A DNA stretch of 32,000 bases from Desulfotalea psychrophila LSv54 (GCF_000025945.1 NC_006138.1:390001-422000), one strand, 5' to 3'. Numbered from the stretch's first letter, positions 7,397 to 16,140 are shown. The notes: generated from the sequence alone by a model not told the origin. A program made the numbers and translations.

Positions 7397-9190
7397 TCAA
7401 AGATCAACACTTCGCGTTAAACTCATCACAATAAAGGTGATGTCATCTTGAGGGGCTATCCCATCCATAAACAGCCCTATTTCACCGTTTATTGCCTCTG
7501 TAATTTCCTCAGGGCTCTCATCCTTGTGGGCCGATAAAACATCTTTCACCCGATCCTTACCAAACATTTCGCCAAGGGCATTCTGGGCCTCCCAAGCACC
7601 ATCACTGCCAATAACAAGCAGCTGTTTTTGCGGGAGCATATCTATGGTATTACAGTGATAGCGAAAGGATTCTGCCACTCCCATGGCGATACCGGCCCCC
7701 TTCAACTCTGCAAAGATATCACTCTCAGGGGTGTAGAGCCAGGCTGGATCATGCCCGGCCCTGACCCAGCTAATCTCGCCGAGGTTCTTGTCGACAATGA
7801 GATAGAACAGGGTCACGAAGTTTGATGATGCCACCGTATCACGGCACAGTACCCGGTTTACATCATTCATAATTTCATCCAGGCGCCCCGATTGCTCACT
7901 TCTGGTTCTTAACATAGCGCGGATAGTTGCCATCAGTAATGCCGCCCCTATACCATGACCTACGACATCCCCTACTATTGCCCCGACCCTTGTGCCATCC
8001 TCATCGAAAAAAATCAGATCATAAAAATCTCCACCGGTTTCATTACAGTAATGAGTTGAAGCAAAAATGGTCAGAGCCTCATCGCTGTATCGGGAGTCTG
8101 GCAGAAGGGTCTGCTGGACTTCCCGCGCAATTTCCATGGCTTTTTGCAACTCTAAACCCTGTCGCAACTGGCGAGTCATCTTATTGAAATTTTTAGTGAG
8201 CTCACCGATCTCATCATCGGATTTAACCGGCAAGACCTCTCCAAAAACACCATTAGCCAGATTCTCGGCAGCTCCAGACAAACTCTTAACGGCATCGGTT
8301 ATTTGAGCGGTTGCAGATCTGATAAAGGCAAGAATAAGCAAAAGAGAGAGGGTAAATGCTAAAATATAAAAAAAACTGAATCTGACAACAGGCTGGAGCA
8401 TTTCTTCCCCTGGAGCAATAACAACCAGAGAGAGGGGTAAGTCACTCAACTGATAAAAACCGGCAATTTCTTTCGGCGGATTCCCCTCGCCAAAAACGGT
8501 GCCATAGAGTTCCTGCTGAAGCAGAGAAAATGTTTCCCTTTCAAGCAGCTTACCACTGCCAAAACGCCTATTAGCCACAATATCAGGGGACTGACTCATT
8601 GAGCCGGAGTGAGCAACCACATTCCCTTGCCCATCAATAAGAAAAACACTATTACTTACCCATCGATCCATCTCCTTCAACCGTCTCATCAAATCTGTAA
8701 TACCAATGTCTACTCGAATATTTCCAAGCTTTTCCCCTTCCGGTTTGGAAAAATCCATGATGATGGAAATAGTTGAAGGTGCTAAGTCCCAGCGATAAAC
8801 GGGATCTGCAAAGTCCAAGAGTTCACCACTCCGGTCCATCCCCCCCATAAGACCCATGCGTGAAGGCCCCCTATGACGAGCAAAAACACTCTCCCCCTCA
8901 ACCCTGACATTATCGACACCCTCTAACTCCCTTAACTGATCAAGGGTGAATTGAAAGGTCGAACTTCTTGAGCTATGTTCAAGGGCCCAAAGCAGGCTCT
9001 TTGGCTGAGAAATTCGCATATCTATGAGATGGGCTGCCCTCTGTAAATTGGCTATTGCTGTTTCACTCCACAGCGTCATCAGGCTCTGCCGGGTAAATAT
9101 GTAACCACCCCAACCCATGCCTATGAGTAACAAAAATGTTGGCAACAAAACTAAGATCGCTGTCCGTTGCTGGAGTGTTTTCATGCGCAT
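7397..9190 (-). CDS. Membrane sensor with HAMP and PP2C/SpoIIE serine phosphatase domains (RsbU-like)
   Basis: The 597-aa product has two TM segments flanking a periplasmic domain of about 235 aa. A HAMP domain follows (DEIGELTKNFNKMTRQL). The SpoIIE/PP2C motifs are GGDFYD, GDVVGHGIGAALLMA and IGSDGAWE. Confidence 0.9.
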   Translation of the reverse strand: MRMKTLQQRTAILVLLPTFLLLIGMGWGGYIFTRQSLMTLWSETAIANLQRAAHLIDMRISQPKSLLWALEHSSRSSTFQFTLDQLRELEGVDNVRVEGESVFARHRGPSRMGLMGGMDRSGELLDFADPVYRWDLAPSTISIIMDFSKPEGEKLGNIRVDIGITDLMRRLKEMDRWVSNSVFLIDGQGNVVAHSGSMSQSPDIVANRRFGSGKLLERETFSLLQQELYGTVFGEGNPPKEIAGFYQLSDLPLSLVVIAPGEEMLQPVVRFSFFYILAFTLSLLLILAFIRSATAQITDAVKSLSGAAENLANGVFGEVLPVKSDDEIGELTKNFNKMTRQLRQGLELQKAMEIAREVQQTLLPDSRYSDEALTIFASTHYCNETGGDFYDLIFFDEDGTRVGAIVGDVVGHGIGAALLMATIRAMLRTRSEQSGRLDEIMNDVNRVLCRDTVASSNFVTLFYLIVDKNLGEISWVRAGHDPAWLYTPESDIFAELKGAGIAMGVAESFRYHCNTIDMLPQKQLLVIGSDGAWEAQNALGEMFGKDRVKDVLSAHKDESPEEITEAINGEIGLFMDGIAPQDDITFIVMSLTRSVDL

Positions 9191-9282
9191 ATTTGCCCTC
9201 TCTTAAAAGGAAGTCTCAAACAGATGGGGAGGGGGTGAGGAGGGGATAGTCCCCACCCATTTTTCGAGCAGGGAAGAGCTCA

Positions 9283-9699
9283 CTACATTTTATGATAAGG
9301 ATACCAGAATTTGACGGTATGAACACCGGCCTCATCCTTAAACTGACAGATCACACCCCAGTCCCCCATCTCATCAACAACAAATTTTGCGGCGTAATTA
9401 CCACCGGGATAGCTGTCAAGATTAAGGACCTGACTCTTCTTAGATGGGGAGATGACCTTTACCTTACCAACAAGGCCGGTCATATTTTTTCCATCTTTCT
9501 TAAATACTGCCATGATATGATGGGTATTGCCATCGGGGTCGGTCATATTCATACTGGCCAGACTCATCACCTCAAACTCTGCCATAACACCATCCACCGT
9601 GGCCTTATGGCTAAAGGTCTCACCCTTCATATCCATTGCCACAGCACTTCCAGCCAGCAAAAGCACCATCAACATCGTTAACATTTTAAAATATTTCAC
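9283..9699 (-). CDS. Small secreted protein at the 3' end of the cus operon (YtkA/FixH-like beta-sandwich pattern), possible periplasmic metal-binding protein
   Basis: The track start is ATG 9711. GTG 9699 is preceded by GGAGG at a 5-nt spacing and gives MKYFKMLTMLMVLLLAGSAVA, a classic signal peptide. The mature part is rich in Met and His (MDMKGETFSH, EVMSLASMNMTD, THHIM, YHKM). It ends with a G.Y.A.F....G.W.V pattern reminiscent of YtkA-like domains. The gene lies 14 nt downstream of the cusA stop. Confidence 0.6.
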   Translation of the reverse strand: MKYFKMLTMLMVLLLAGSAVAMDMKGETFSHKATVDGVMAEFEVMSLASMNMTDPDGNTHHIMAVFKKDGKNMTGLVGKVKVISPSKKSQVLNLDSYPGGNYAAKFVVDEMGDWGVICQFKDEAGVHTVKFWYPYHKM

Positions 9700-9713
9700 A
9701 ACTACCTCCATTT

Positions 9714-12700
9714 TTAAGAAGACTCTTGGTCTAAATGATCTTTTTTCGCCTCAACACCGCCCACCTGGGCCCTGTCCGACAAACCTCTGCCCCGCCACCA
9801 ACCGTAGACAACAGGGAGAATAAAAAGGGTAAGAAGAGTTGAACTGAGCATGCCCCCAATCATAGGAGTTGCTATTCTCTTCATTACCTCTGAACCAGTG
9901 CCGCTACTCCACATGATAGGAGCAAGCCCTGCAATAATAGCCACAACGGTCATAATCTTCGGCCGTACCCGCTGGGCAGCACCCTCCTCAATGGCCTGTT
10001 CCAGATGCGCTTTAGAAAACCTCTCTCCAAATTTCTCCCTATATTGGCGATAGCTAATATCGAGATATATCAGCATGACAACACCCGTCTCTGTTGCCAC
10101 CCCGGCAAGGGCAATAAATCCTACGGCAACGGCAACACTCATATTATAGCCAAGCAGATCCATCAGCCACAGCCCACCCACTAAAGAGAAGGGCACAGAG
10201 AGCATGACGATCAGGCTCTCCCCCAGGGTTCTAAAATTCAAATAGAGGAGGAGGAAGATGAGGAGCAGGGTGGCGGGGACAACCATCATCATCTTAGCCT
10301 TGGCCCTGGCCATATACTCATACTGACCGGACCAGACAACTGAATAGCCCGGAGGCAGACTCAGCCCCTCGGCAACAGCCGCCCTTGCCTCCTGCACATA
10401 GCTACCGATATCGACACCTGCAATATCCACATAGACAAGGGCATTGGTACGGGCGTTCTCACTCTTTATCGCCGCCGGCCCCTTTTTGATAACTATGGTA
10501 GCAACCTGCCTCATGGGTATCTGGGCCCCACCGGGCGTGGCAATAAGTACCTCCCCTAAGGTCTCGGGACTGTCTCTCAGATCTCTGGCATAGCGGACAT
10601 TTATAGGGTAACGCTGCAGGCCTTCCACCGTTGTTGCCACATTCATGCCACCAATGGCACCGCTGATTGCCTCCTGCACATCTCCCACCGTCAGGCCATA
10701 GCGGGCAGCAGCCTGCCGATCTATATTAAAATCAAGATAGTTGCCGCCGGTCACCCGCTCCGCATAAACACTCACCGTCCCCGGCACCTCACCCAAAATC
10801 ACCTCAACCTCCTTACCAAGATCTGCCAGCACCTCCAGGTCATTGCCCATAAGTTTCAGACCAACAGGGGTCTTGATCCCCGTTGACAGCATATCTATAC
10901 GGGCCGTAATGGGCATGGTCCAGGCATTGGTCACCCCAGGAAACTGGATGGCCTTATCCATCTCGGCCACCAATTTTTCCGTGGTCATTCCCTCCCGCCA
11001 CTGGGACTTTGGCTTAAGTACTATTGTGGTTTCAAGCATGGAAAGCGGGGCAGGATCGGTTGCACTTTCCACCCGACCGGCCTTACCGGCAACAGTTGCC
11101 ACCTCGGGAAAGGATTTAATGATCTTATCCGTCTGCTGGACAAGTTCCCTGGCCTTTGCTATGGAAATTCCCGGCAGGGTTGTCGGCATATAGAGCAGAT
11201 CACCCTCATCCAGTGGCGGCATAAACTCTGAGCCTATCCTCTGATAGGGGATATAAACTGTTGCCATCAGCAGGAGGGCAATGACCACAACTGTTTTCTT
11301 AGCACCGAGGGCCCATCTGATAGCCGGATCATAGATCCAGATAAGAAATCGATTTATTGGATTTTTATGCTCGGGCATAATCTTACCGCGAATCATATAA
11401 CCCATAAGCACAGGGACAAGGGTCACCGCCAAAAAGGCCGCGCCGGCCATGGCATATGTCTTTGTATAGGCAAGCGGCTTAAAGAGGCGACCCTCCTGAG
11501 CTTCCAGAGCAAAGACAGGCAGAAAACTGACGGCGATAATAAGCAGAGAGAAAAAGAGGGCCGGCCCTACCTCTAATGAGGCGTCCTTTACCAACTCCCA
11601 GTGACTGCGTCTGCCATCATCGTGCTCCATATGTTTATGAACATTTTCAATCATGACAATGGCGGCATCAACCATTGCCCCCACAGCAATGGCAATGCCG
11701 CCGAGACTCATGATATTGGCATTAATTCCCTGCCTCTCCATGAGAATAAAACTTATAAAAATACCGATGGGCAGAGTTATAATCCCCACCAGAGCACTGC
11801 GCAGATGGGCCAGAAAAATAAGACAGACCAGGGCAACAATGAGACTCTCTTCAAGCAGAGTGGTCCTGAGGTTTTTCACCGCACTGAGAATGAGGTTAGA
11901 GCGATCGTAAACAGCCTCTATCTTCACCCCGGCAGGCAGACCGGGCTGGATCTCCTCCAACCGCTTTTTCACCCTCTCGATAACCTGAAGGGCATTTTCA
12001 CCGTAGCGCATCACCACAATGCCCCCCACGGTCTCCCCCTCACCGTTAAAGTCCAGAACGCCACGCCTGATCTCAGGGCCTATCTGCACCTGAGCAATGT
12101 TCTTTATGAGAATTGGCGTGCCACGGGAATCAACACCAAGACCTATGTTTTCAATGTCCTCCAGTGATTTTATATAGCCAATGCCGCGCACCATAAACTC
12201 GGTTTCGCCCATCTCTATGACCCGACCGCCAACATCATTATTGGATCGCTGAATAGCCCTGCGTACCTGTCGCAGGGAGATATTATAGGCGCGTAATTTA
12301 TTAGGATCGACCACAACCTGATACTGCTTAACAAAGCCACCGATGGAGGCCACCTCCGACACACCCGGCACACTCATCAACTCATAACGCAAAAACCAAT
12401 CCTGAATGGAGCGCAGCTGTTGCAAATCGTGTTTATCACTCTGCAAAACATACTGATAGACCCAGCCCACCCCCGTCGCATCCGGGCCCAGGGTCGGGGT
12501 CACATTGGCCGGTAGGCTGCCCGAAACATAGTTCAGGGCCTCCATTACCCGGCTACGCGCCCAGTACAGATCCGTACCATCAGCAAAGATGACGTAAACA
12601 AAACTCATGCCAAAGAAGGAGAATCCACGCACCGTTTTAGCGTAGGGCACGGCCAGCATAGCGGTGGTAAGCGGATAGGTCACCTGATCCTCCACCACCT

Positions 12701-12875
12701 GGGGCGACTGACCGACATAGTCGGTGAAGACAATGACCTGAACATCGGACAGATCGGGAATTGCGTCCAGGGGAATGCGTAGCATTGACCAAAGGCCTGC
12801 AACTACAATAATGAGGGTAAAGAGGAGTACCAAAACTCTGTTTTTAATAGAAATGGAAATCAGTGATCGTATCAT
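9714..12875 (-). CDS. cusA: CusA-type heavy-metal (Cu+/Ag+) efflux RND permease
   Basis: The 1053-aa product is collinear with E. coli CusA as I remember it (AIPDLSDVQVIV..., QVTYPLTTAML, GPDATGVGWVYQY, IMSLGGIAIAVGAMVDAAIVMIEN). The three Cu(I)-relay methionine contexts are present: DLLYMPTTLPGIS, APLSMLETTI and RIDMLSTGIK. Confidence 0.95.
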   Translation of the reverse strand: MIRSLISISIKNRVLVLLFTLIIVVAGLWSMLRIPLDAIPDLSDVQVIVFTDYVGQSPQVVEDQVTYPLTTAMLAVPYAKTVRGFSFFGMSFVYVIFADGTDLYWARSRVMEALNYVSGSLPANVTPTLGPDATGVGWVYQYVLQSDKHDLQQLRSIQDWFLRYELMSVPGVSEVASIGGFVKQYQVVVDPNKLRAYNISLRQVRRAIQRSNNDVGGRVIEMGETEFMVRGIGYIKSLEDIENIGLGVDSRGTPILIKNIAQVQIGPEIRRGVLDFNGEGETVGGIVVMRYGENALQVIERVKKRLEEIQPGLPAGVKIEAVYDRSNLILSAVKNLRTTLLEESLIVALVCLIFLAHLRSALVGIITLPIGIFISFILMERQGINANIMSLGGIAIAVGAMVDAAIVMIENVHKHMEHDDGRRSHWELVKDASLEVGPALFFSLLIIAVSFLPVFALEAQEGRLFKPLAYTKTYAMAGAAFLAVTLVPVLMGYMIRGKIMPEHKNPINRFLIWIYDPAIRWALGAKKTVVVIALLLMATVYIPYQRIGSEFMPPLDEGDLLYMPTTLPGISIAKARELVQQTDKIIKSFPEVATVAGKAGRVESATDPAPLSMLETTIVLKPKSQWREGMTTEKLVAEMDKAIQFPGVTNAWTMPITARIDMLSTGIKTPVGLKLMGNDLEVLADLGKEVEVILGEVPGTVSVYAERVTGGNYLDFNIDRQAAARYGLTVGDVQEAISGAIGGMNVATTVEGLQRYPINVRYARDLRDSPETLGEVLIATPGGAQIPMRQVATIVIKKGPAAIKSENARTNALVYVDIAGVDIGSYVQEARAAVAEGLSLPPGYSVVWSGQYEYMARAKAKMMMVVPATLLLIFLLLYLNFRTLGESLIVMLSVPFSLVGGLWLMDLLGYNMSVAVAVGFIALAGVATETGVVMLIYLDISYRQYREKFGERFSKAHLEQAIEEGAAQRVRPKIMTVVAIIAGLAPIMWSSGTGSEVMKRIATPMIGGMLSSTLLTLFILPVVYGWWRGRGLSDRAQVGGVEAKKDHLDQESS

Positions 12876-12877
12876 AG

Positions 12878-14242
12878 CTATTGCCCCTTGGCTTGATCTT
12901 CCATTGTCATATCAGACATATCAAAAGAGTCATCCATCCCTTCATCGCTCATATCAAAATCCGCCGCCGGTGCAGGTTGCTCCTCTGGCTCCAGCATTTT
13001 CTGGATGGCCTCCTGCAGGCGGGATTCTGAATCGAGTAAAAATTGAGACGAGGTGACTATTTTTTCGCCGGCCTCAAGACCTGTGAGCACCTGGACGAGA
13101 TGGTTTTCTCCCGTCACCCCAAGTTTAACGGTACGCGGCTCAAAGACACCTCCCTCCTTTGCCACAAAGACAATCTGACGAAGGCCAGAATCAATGACAG
13201 CCTCCTGAGGGATGAGGAGGGCCTTGTCGGCAATCTTTGCCTGCAGATAGACATTGGCATACATAGCCGGCTTAAACTTGTTTTCAGGGTTCTTAAAGCT
13301 CAGTCGCAGCCCAGCTGTGCGCGTTTTGGCGTCCAGATAGGGATAGATAAAAAGCACCTCGCCCTGAAACCTCTGCCCGGGAAAGGCCACTAACTCCATC
13401 TCAGCTTTCATCCCCTCCTGCACATAGGACAAATCGGATTCATAGACATCAACGTCCAGCCACACGGTACTCAGATCGGCAACCTGATACTGGCTCATGC
13501 CCGGCTTAACAAAAGATCCCTGGCGGACGTTCTTCTGAACAACAACCCCGGTAACAGGCGAATAGAAGGTAATATTTTTCAGGGGCCTGCCACGGGCAGC
13601 GATCTTTTTCCGCTGATCTTTTCCTATATCAAGATAGTCCAAACGTTGCTGGCTGGCTCGGAGCAGACTTTCGGCATTTTGCCTGGCGAGCTTCAGCCCC
13701 TCTCCCCGCTGCTTCTTAAAATATCGGGCCTGAGCCACGGCAAGCAGATACTCCTGTTGAGCAGCGACTACGAGGGGGCTGTATATGGTGAAAAGCGCCT
13801 CCCCCTTCGATACTTTTTTGCCGATAAAGTCCACATAGACCTGATCGATCCAACCCTCAAACTTAGTATTCACATCGTAGACACGACTCTCGTCATAACT
13901 GACCCGGCCAAGGGCGCGGATTGTCTTTGCCAGAGGCGCACTCCGGACAAAGCCGTAACGCACACCCATATTTTGTACGGTGACAGGATCTATGCGAATG
14001 CTTGAGGTAGGCAACTTCTCTCCCCCCTCTTGCCGATAGACGGGAACAAGGTCCATGCCCATGGGGGATTTCCCCGGTGTCTTACGAATATAGGCCGGAT
14101 CCATGGGCGCAACCCAATATTCAATAACCTTGCCTGTTGCGGGATCAACATCACCCGCCTTCAGCCCCTCGGCAGCCTGGACTGCCGATGCCAGGATAAG
14201 AAAAAAGAGGAGAACGGTTTTTATAATAATTCGCATGATCAT
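12878..14242 (-). CDS. cusB: CusB-type periplasmic adaptor (membrane fusion protein)
   Basis: The N-terminal signal/anchor is followed by YWVAPMDPAYIRKTPGKSPMGMDLVPVY, which matches the CusB motif YWYDPMYPNTRFDKPGKSPFMDMDLVP. The rest has an HlyD/MFP barrel-sandwich and beta-barrel layout. The start is an ATGA overlap with the upstream OMF stop. The stop lies 2 nt before the cusA ATG. Confidence 0.9.
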   Translation of the reverse strand: MIMRIIIKTVLLFFLILASAVQAAEGLKAGDVDPATGKVIEYWVAPMDPAYIRKTPGKSPMGMDLVPVYRQEGGEKLPTSSIRIDPVTVQNMGVRYGFVRSAPLAKTIRALGRVSYDESRVYDVNTKFEGWIDQVYVDFIGKKVSKGEALFTIYSPLVVAAQQEYLLAVAQARYFKKQRGEGLKLARQNAESLLRASQQRLDYLDIGKDQRKKIAARGRPLKNITFYSPVTGVVVQKNVRQGSFVKPGMSQYQVADLSTVWLDVDVYESDLSYVQEGMKAEMELVAFPGQRFQGEVLFIYPYLDAKTRTAGLRLSFKNPENKFKPAMYANVYLQAKIADKALLIPQEAVIDSGLRQIVFVAKEGGVFEPRTVKLGVTGENHLVQVLTGLEAGEKIVTSSQFLLDSESRLQEAIQKMLEPEEQPAPAADFDMSDEGMDDSFDMSDMTMEDQAKGQ

Positions 14243-15537
14243 ACCTCTCTGCCAATGGACACAGGCTGGCCGACAAGTTCTTCCAGCTCAGCGTTTTTTT
14301 TGTATATTTTGTAGAGATACCTCTTGGCAGCGAGCTTAACCTTCTCCTGCTTTATCTCTGCATTAAGCATGGTTAAAAACTCAACGCTGCCAACGGAATA
14401 GGCGGCAAGGGAGGCCCGGGCCAACTGCTCTGCCTGCATCTCTATGCCCTTGCTATAGAGTCTGTAATTTTTAAAAGATTCGTTAATGACGGTGACAAGC
14501 CCGTCAACACGATGGGGCAAACTCTTTTCCAGAGATTCCAGGGTATAGCGAGCAGAACGAACCCTCCGCTTACTCCCGCCAAGTTGGCTATCCTGCCGCC
14601 TACTCTGCCAGAGAGGAACGGTAAAGGTGATGCCCGCGGAGACAAAATCAGAACGCGGCATAGTATCGCTGCTATCCCGCTGACCATAGGCGAGGCGTAA
14701 ATCCATATTGGGCATATAGGCCTTCTCTGCCAATTTGACCTTATTTTTGGCAATGATAATGGCAAGTTTCTGGCTCACCACCGAGGGATTCCGCTCCAGT
14801 GATTGCGCAACTAAGCTTTCCTGGTTCAGGGATAACTGATCATCCAAGGTATAGGCAGGTGCCGTCCCGCGATAGAGATCATCCCGATCGAGCAAATTGC
14901 CAATGCGATCCTGCAGGCTATTGCGTTCAATTCCCAGGCTGATCTTATCATTTTGCAACTCCGAGAGCTGCACCTGGGCAAAGAGGACATCCTGCTGCAG
15001 GCCCTTACCTGCGGCATATCTTGTTTCACTAACCACCAACAGCTGCCTTACCAGCTTATGTATCTGCTCATTTGATTTTAACTTTTCCTGAACAAGAGCC
15101 AGATCATACCAGGCAAGCTTGAGATCTCTAGCCACAGAGAGCCTCTTCGCCCGGGTCAACTCCTCCTGTTGCCGAGCCCGCAGTTCAGCATTTTTCTCCT
15201 TAAGGCTGAGAACACCGAACCATGGCAGGCCCTGAGCTATTCCCAGCTGCTTTTGAGTCATATTCTCCTGTCTAAAGGAAAAGCTATCCGTTGGCAGATT
15301 AACAAGGGCCAGGGTTATTCGAGGGTCAGAGAGGGAACCCGCAGAGGGGGCCTCAAGTTGCAATGCCCTGGTCTTTTCTTCAAGACTTGCTATCTCAAGA
15401 TTGTGCGACAGGGCCTCCTTAAGCAGGAGGTGCAAATGGTCAACAGGGGTTTCCGCCTGAGCAAGGGTTAAGAGATTAAGAAGACAAAAAAGAGTTGCAG
15501 GTAATAGGAAGAACTTCTTATTTCTCAACATATTCAT
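14239..15537 (-). CDS. TolC/CusC-family outer-membrane efflux factor
   Basis: The product shows two-fold repeat OEP architecture and sits directly upstream of cusBA. The track ORF (to 15669) would overlap the upstream gene. ATG 15537 (or 15531) gives MNMLRNKKFFLLPATLFCLLNLLTLAQA, a signal peptide. Confidence 0.85.
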   Translation of the reverse strand: MNMLRNKKFFLLPATLFCLLNLLTLAQAETPVDHLHLLLKEALSHNLEIASLEEKTRALQLEAPSAGSLSDPRITLALVNLPTDSFSFRQENMTQKQLGIAQGLPWFGVLSLKEKNAELRARQQEELTRAKRLSVARDLKLAWYDLALVQEKLKSNEQIHKLVRQLLVVSETRYAAGKGLQQDVLFAQVQLSELQNDKISLGIERNSLQDRIGNLLDRDDLYRGTAPAYTLDDQLSLNQESLVAQSLERNPSVVSQKLAIIIAKNKVKLAEKAYMPNMDLRLAYGQRDSSDTMPRSDFVSAGITFTVPLWQSRRQDSQLGGSKRRVRSARYTLESLEKSLPHRVDGLVTVINESFKNYRLYSKGIEMQAEQLARASLAAYSVGSVEFLTMLNAEIKQEKVKLAAKRYLYKIYKKNAELEELVGQPVSIGREV

Positions 15538-15655
15538 TAACCCATTTCTAAGATCATTAAATAACAACAAAACATCCCAGCCCTTTATTTCGGGAAAAAG
15601 GGTCAAATGCCAAACAGCCCTCCTGCACCCATCAATCCCACGAAGAGGAGACTGC

Positions 15656-15973
15656 CTATTTTTTCTCATCCATCATCAGACCATCTTCATTGAGCATGTT
15701 GTTGTCGTTCATCTGGCCATTTCCATTCATCATGTGATCGTTTCCATTCATCATGTGATCGTTTCCATTCATCATGTGATCGTTTCCGTTCATCTGCCCC
15801 TTACCATCCATCTGCGGACAAGCATCCATCTGACCGTCCATATGGGTCTTACCATCCATCATATGGCCGTTCATCATGTGATCCTTATCCGAGTTAGTCC
15901 CCTGAGCCAGAACAGCACCAACGCCCAGGACAAGACTTACCGACAAAACCATTCCAATAATTACCTTTTTCAT
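15656..15973 (-). CDS. Secreted Met/His-rich repeat protein (predicted disordered periplasmic Cu(I)/Ag(I)-binding protein), first gene of the cus operon
   Basis: The signal peptide is MKKVIIGMVLSVSLVLGVGAVLA. The mature part of about 80 aa has about 18 Met and 6 His, arranged as DHMMNG/HMMDG/QMDG units including (NGNDHMM)x3. The gene sits about 45 nt downstream of a sigma-54 promoter match. Confidence 0.7.
   Translation of the reverse strand: MKKVIIGMVLSVSLVLGVGAVLAQGTNSDKDHMMNGHMMDGKTHMDGQMDACPQMDGKGQMNGNDHMMNGNDHMMNGNDHMMNGNGQMNDNNMLNEDGLMMDEKK
15722..15784. repeat. Three perfect tandem 21-nt units (TCCATTCATCATGTGATCGTT) encoding (NGNDHMM)3 on the minus strand
   Basis: Read directly: the units are at 15722-15742, 15743-15763 and 15764-15784, with degenerate partial copies on both sides. 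Confidence 0.95.
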
Positions 15974-16029
15974 TCTGTTCTCCTATTTTTATTAGTCTTT
16001 CTCTACAATCAAGATCATGTCTCCTATAA

Positions 16030-16045
16030 AGCAAGAGGCTTGCCA
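16030..16045 (-). promoter_or_regulatory. Sigma-54 (-24/-12) promoter of the cus operon
   Basis: The minus strand reads TGGCAAGCCTCTTGCT, against the consensus TGGCACG-N4-TTGCW. GG and GC are at the exact canonical spacing, with a single mismatch in the -24 hexamer. The site is 57-72 nt upstream of the first cus-operon ATG. A sigma-54 activator gene lies adjacent. Confidence 0.65.
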
Positions 16046-16105
16046 AAAAAAGATCTAAAAATTTAAAACTGTAATCCACTGATACGACACAATATTAAAC
16101 AAACT

Positions 16106-16140
16106 CCCCTGTCTTTAACAAAAGACAAAAGTAACAGGGG
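16106..16140. promoter_or_regulatory. Compound palindrome, candidate enhancer (UAS) for the sigma-54 activator
   Basis: TGTCTTT-AACA-AAAGACA (16110-16127; TGTC-N10-GACA) is nested in CCCCTGT...ACAGGGG (16106-16112 and 16134-16140). Its centre lies about 75-80 nt upstream of the -24 element. That is the usual distance for bEBP binding sites. Confidence 0.35.

Noticed and set aside
9233-9264. Hairpin GGGT..GGGGA-TAG-TCCCC-ACCC followed by ATTTTT, between the cus operon end and the phosphatase gene start
   Set aside because: The T-tract lies on the plus strand, where no gene is transcribed. On the minus strand, where the cus operon would need a terminator, no U-tract follows. It may still act as a stem-loop terminator or stabiliser, but I cannot support an intrinsic-terminator call.
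9850-12167. Multiple plus-strand ORFs inside cusA (for example 10843..11193, 11601..12167)
   Set aside because: All lie antisense within a full-length, strongly recognisable CusA frame. Their compositions are biased (His/Asn/Thr-rich) and they have no SDs.
15538-15669. N-terminal 44-codon extension of the outer-membrane factor ORF
   Set aside because: The extension would overlap the 3' end of the Met-rich gene and place 44 non-signal residues before the signal peptide. ATG 15537/15531 gives a normal signal peptide.
15734-16066. 110-aa plus-strand ORF (MIVSIHHVIVSIHHV...)
   Set aside because: This is an antisense reading of the 21-nt repeats in the Met/His-rich gene. It also runs through the sigma-54 promoter region and has no SD.
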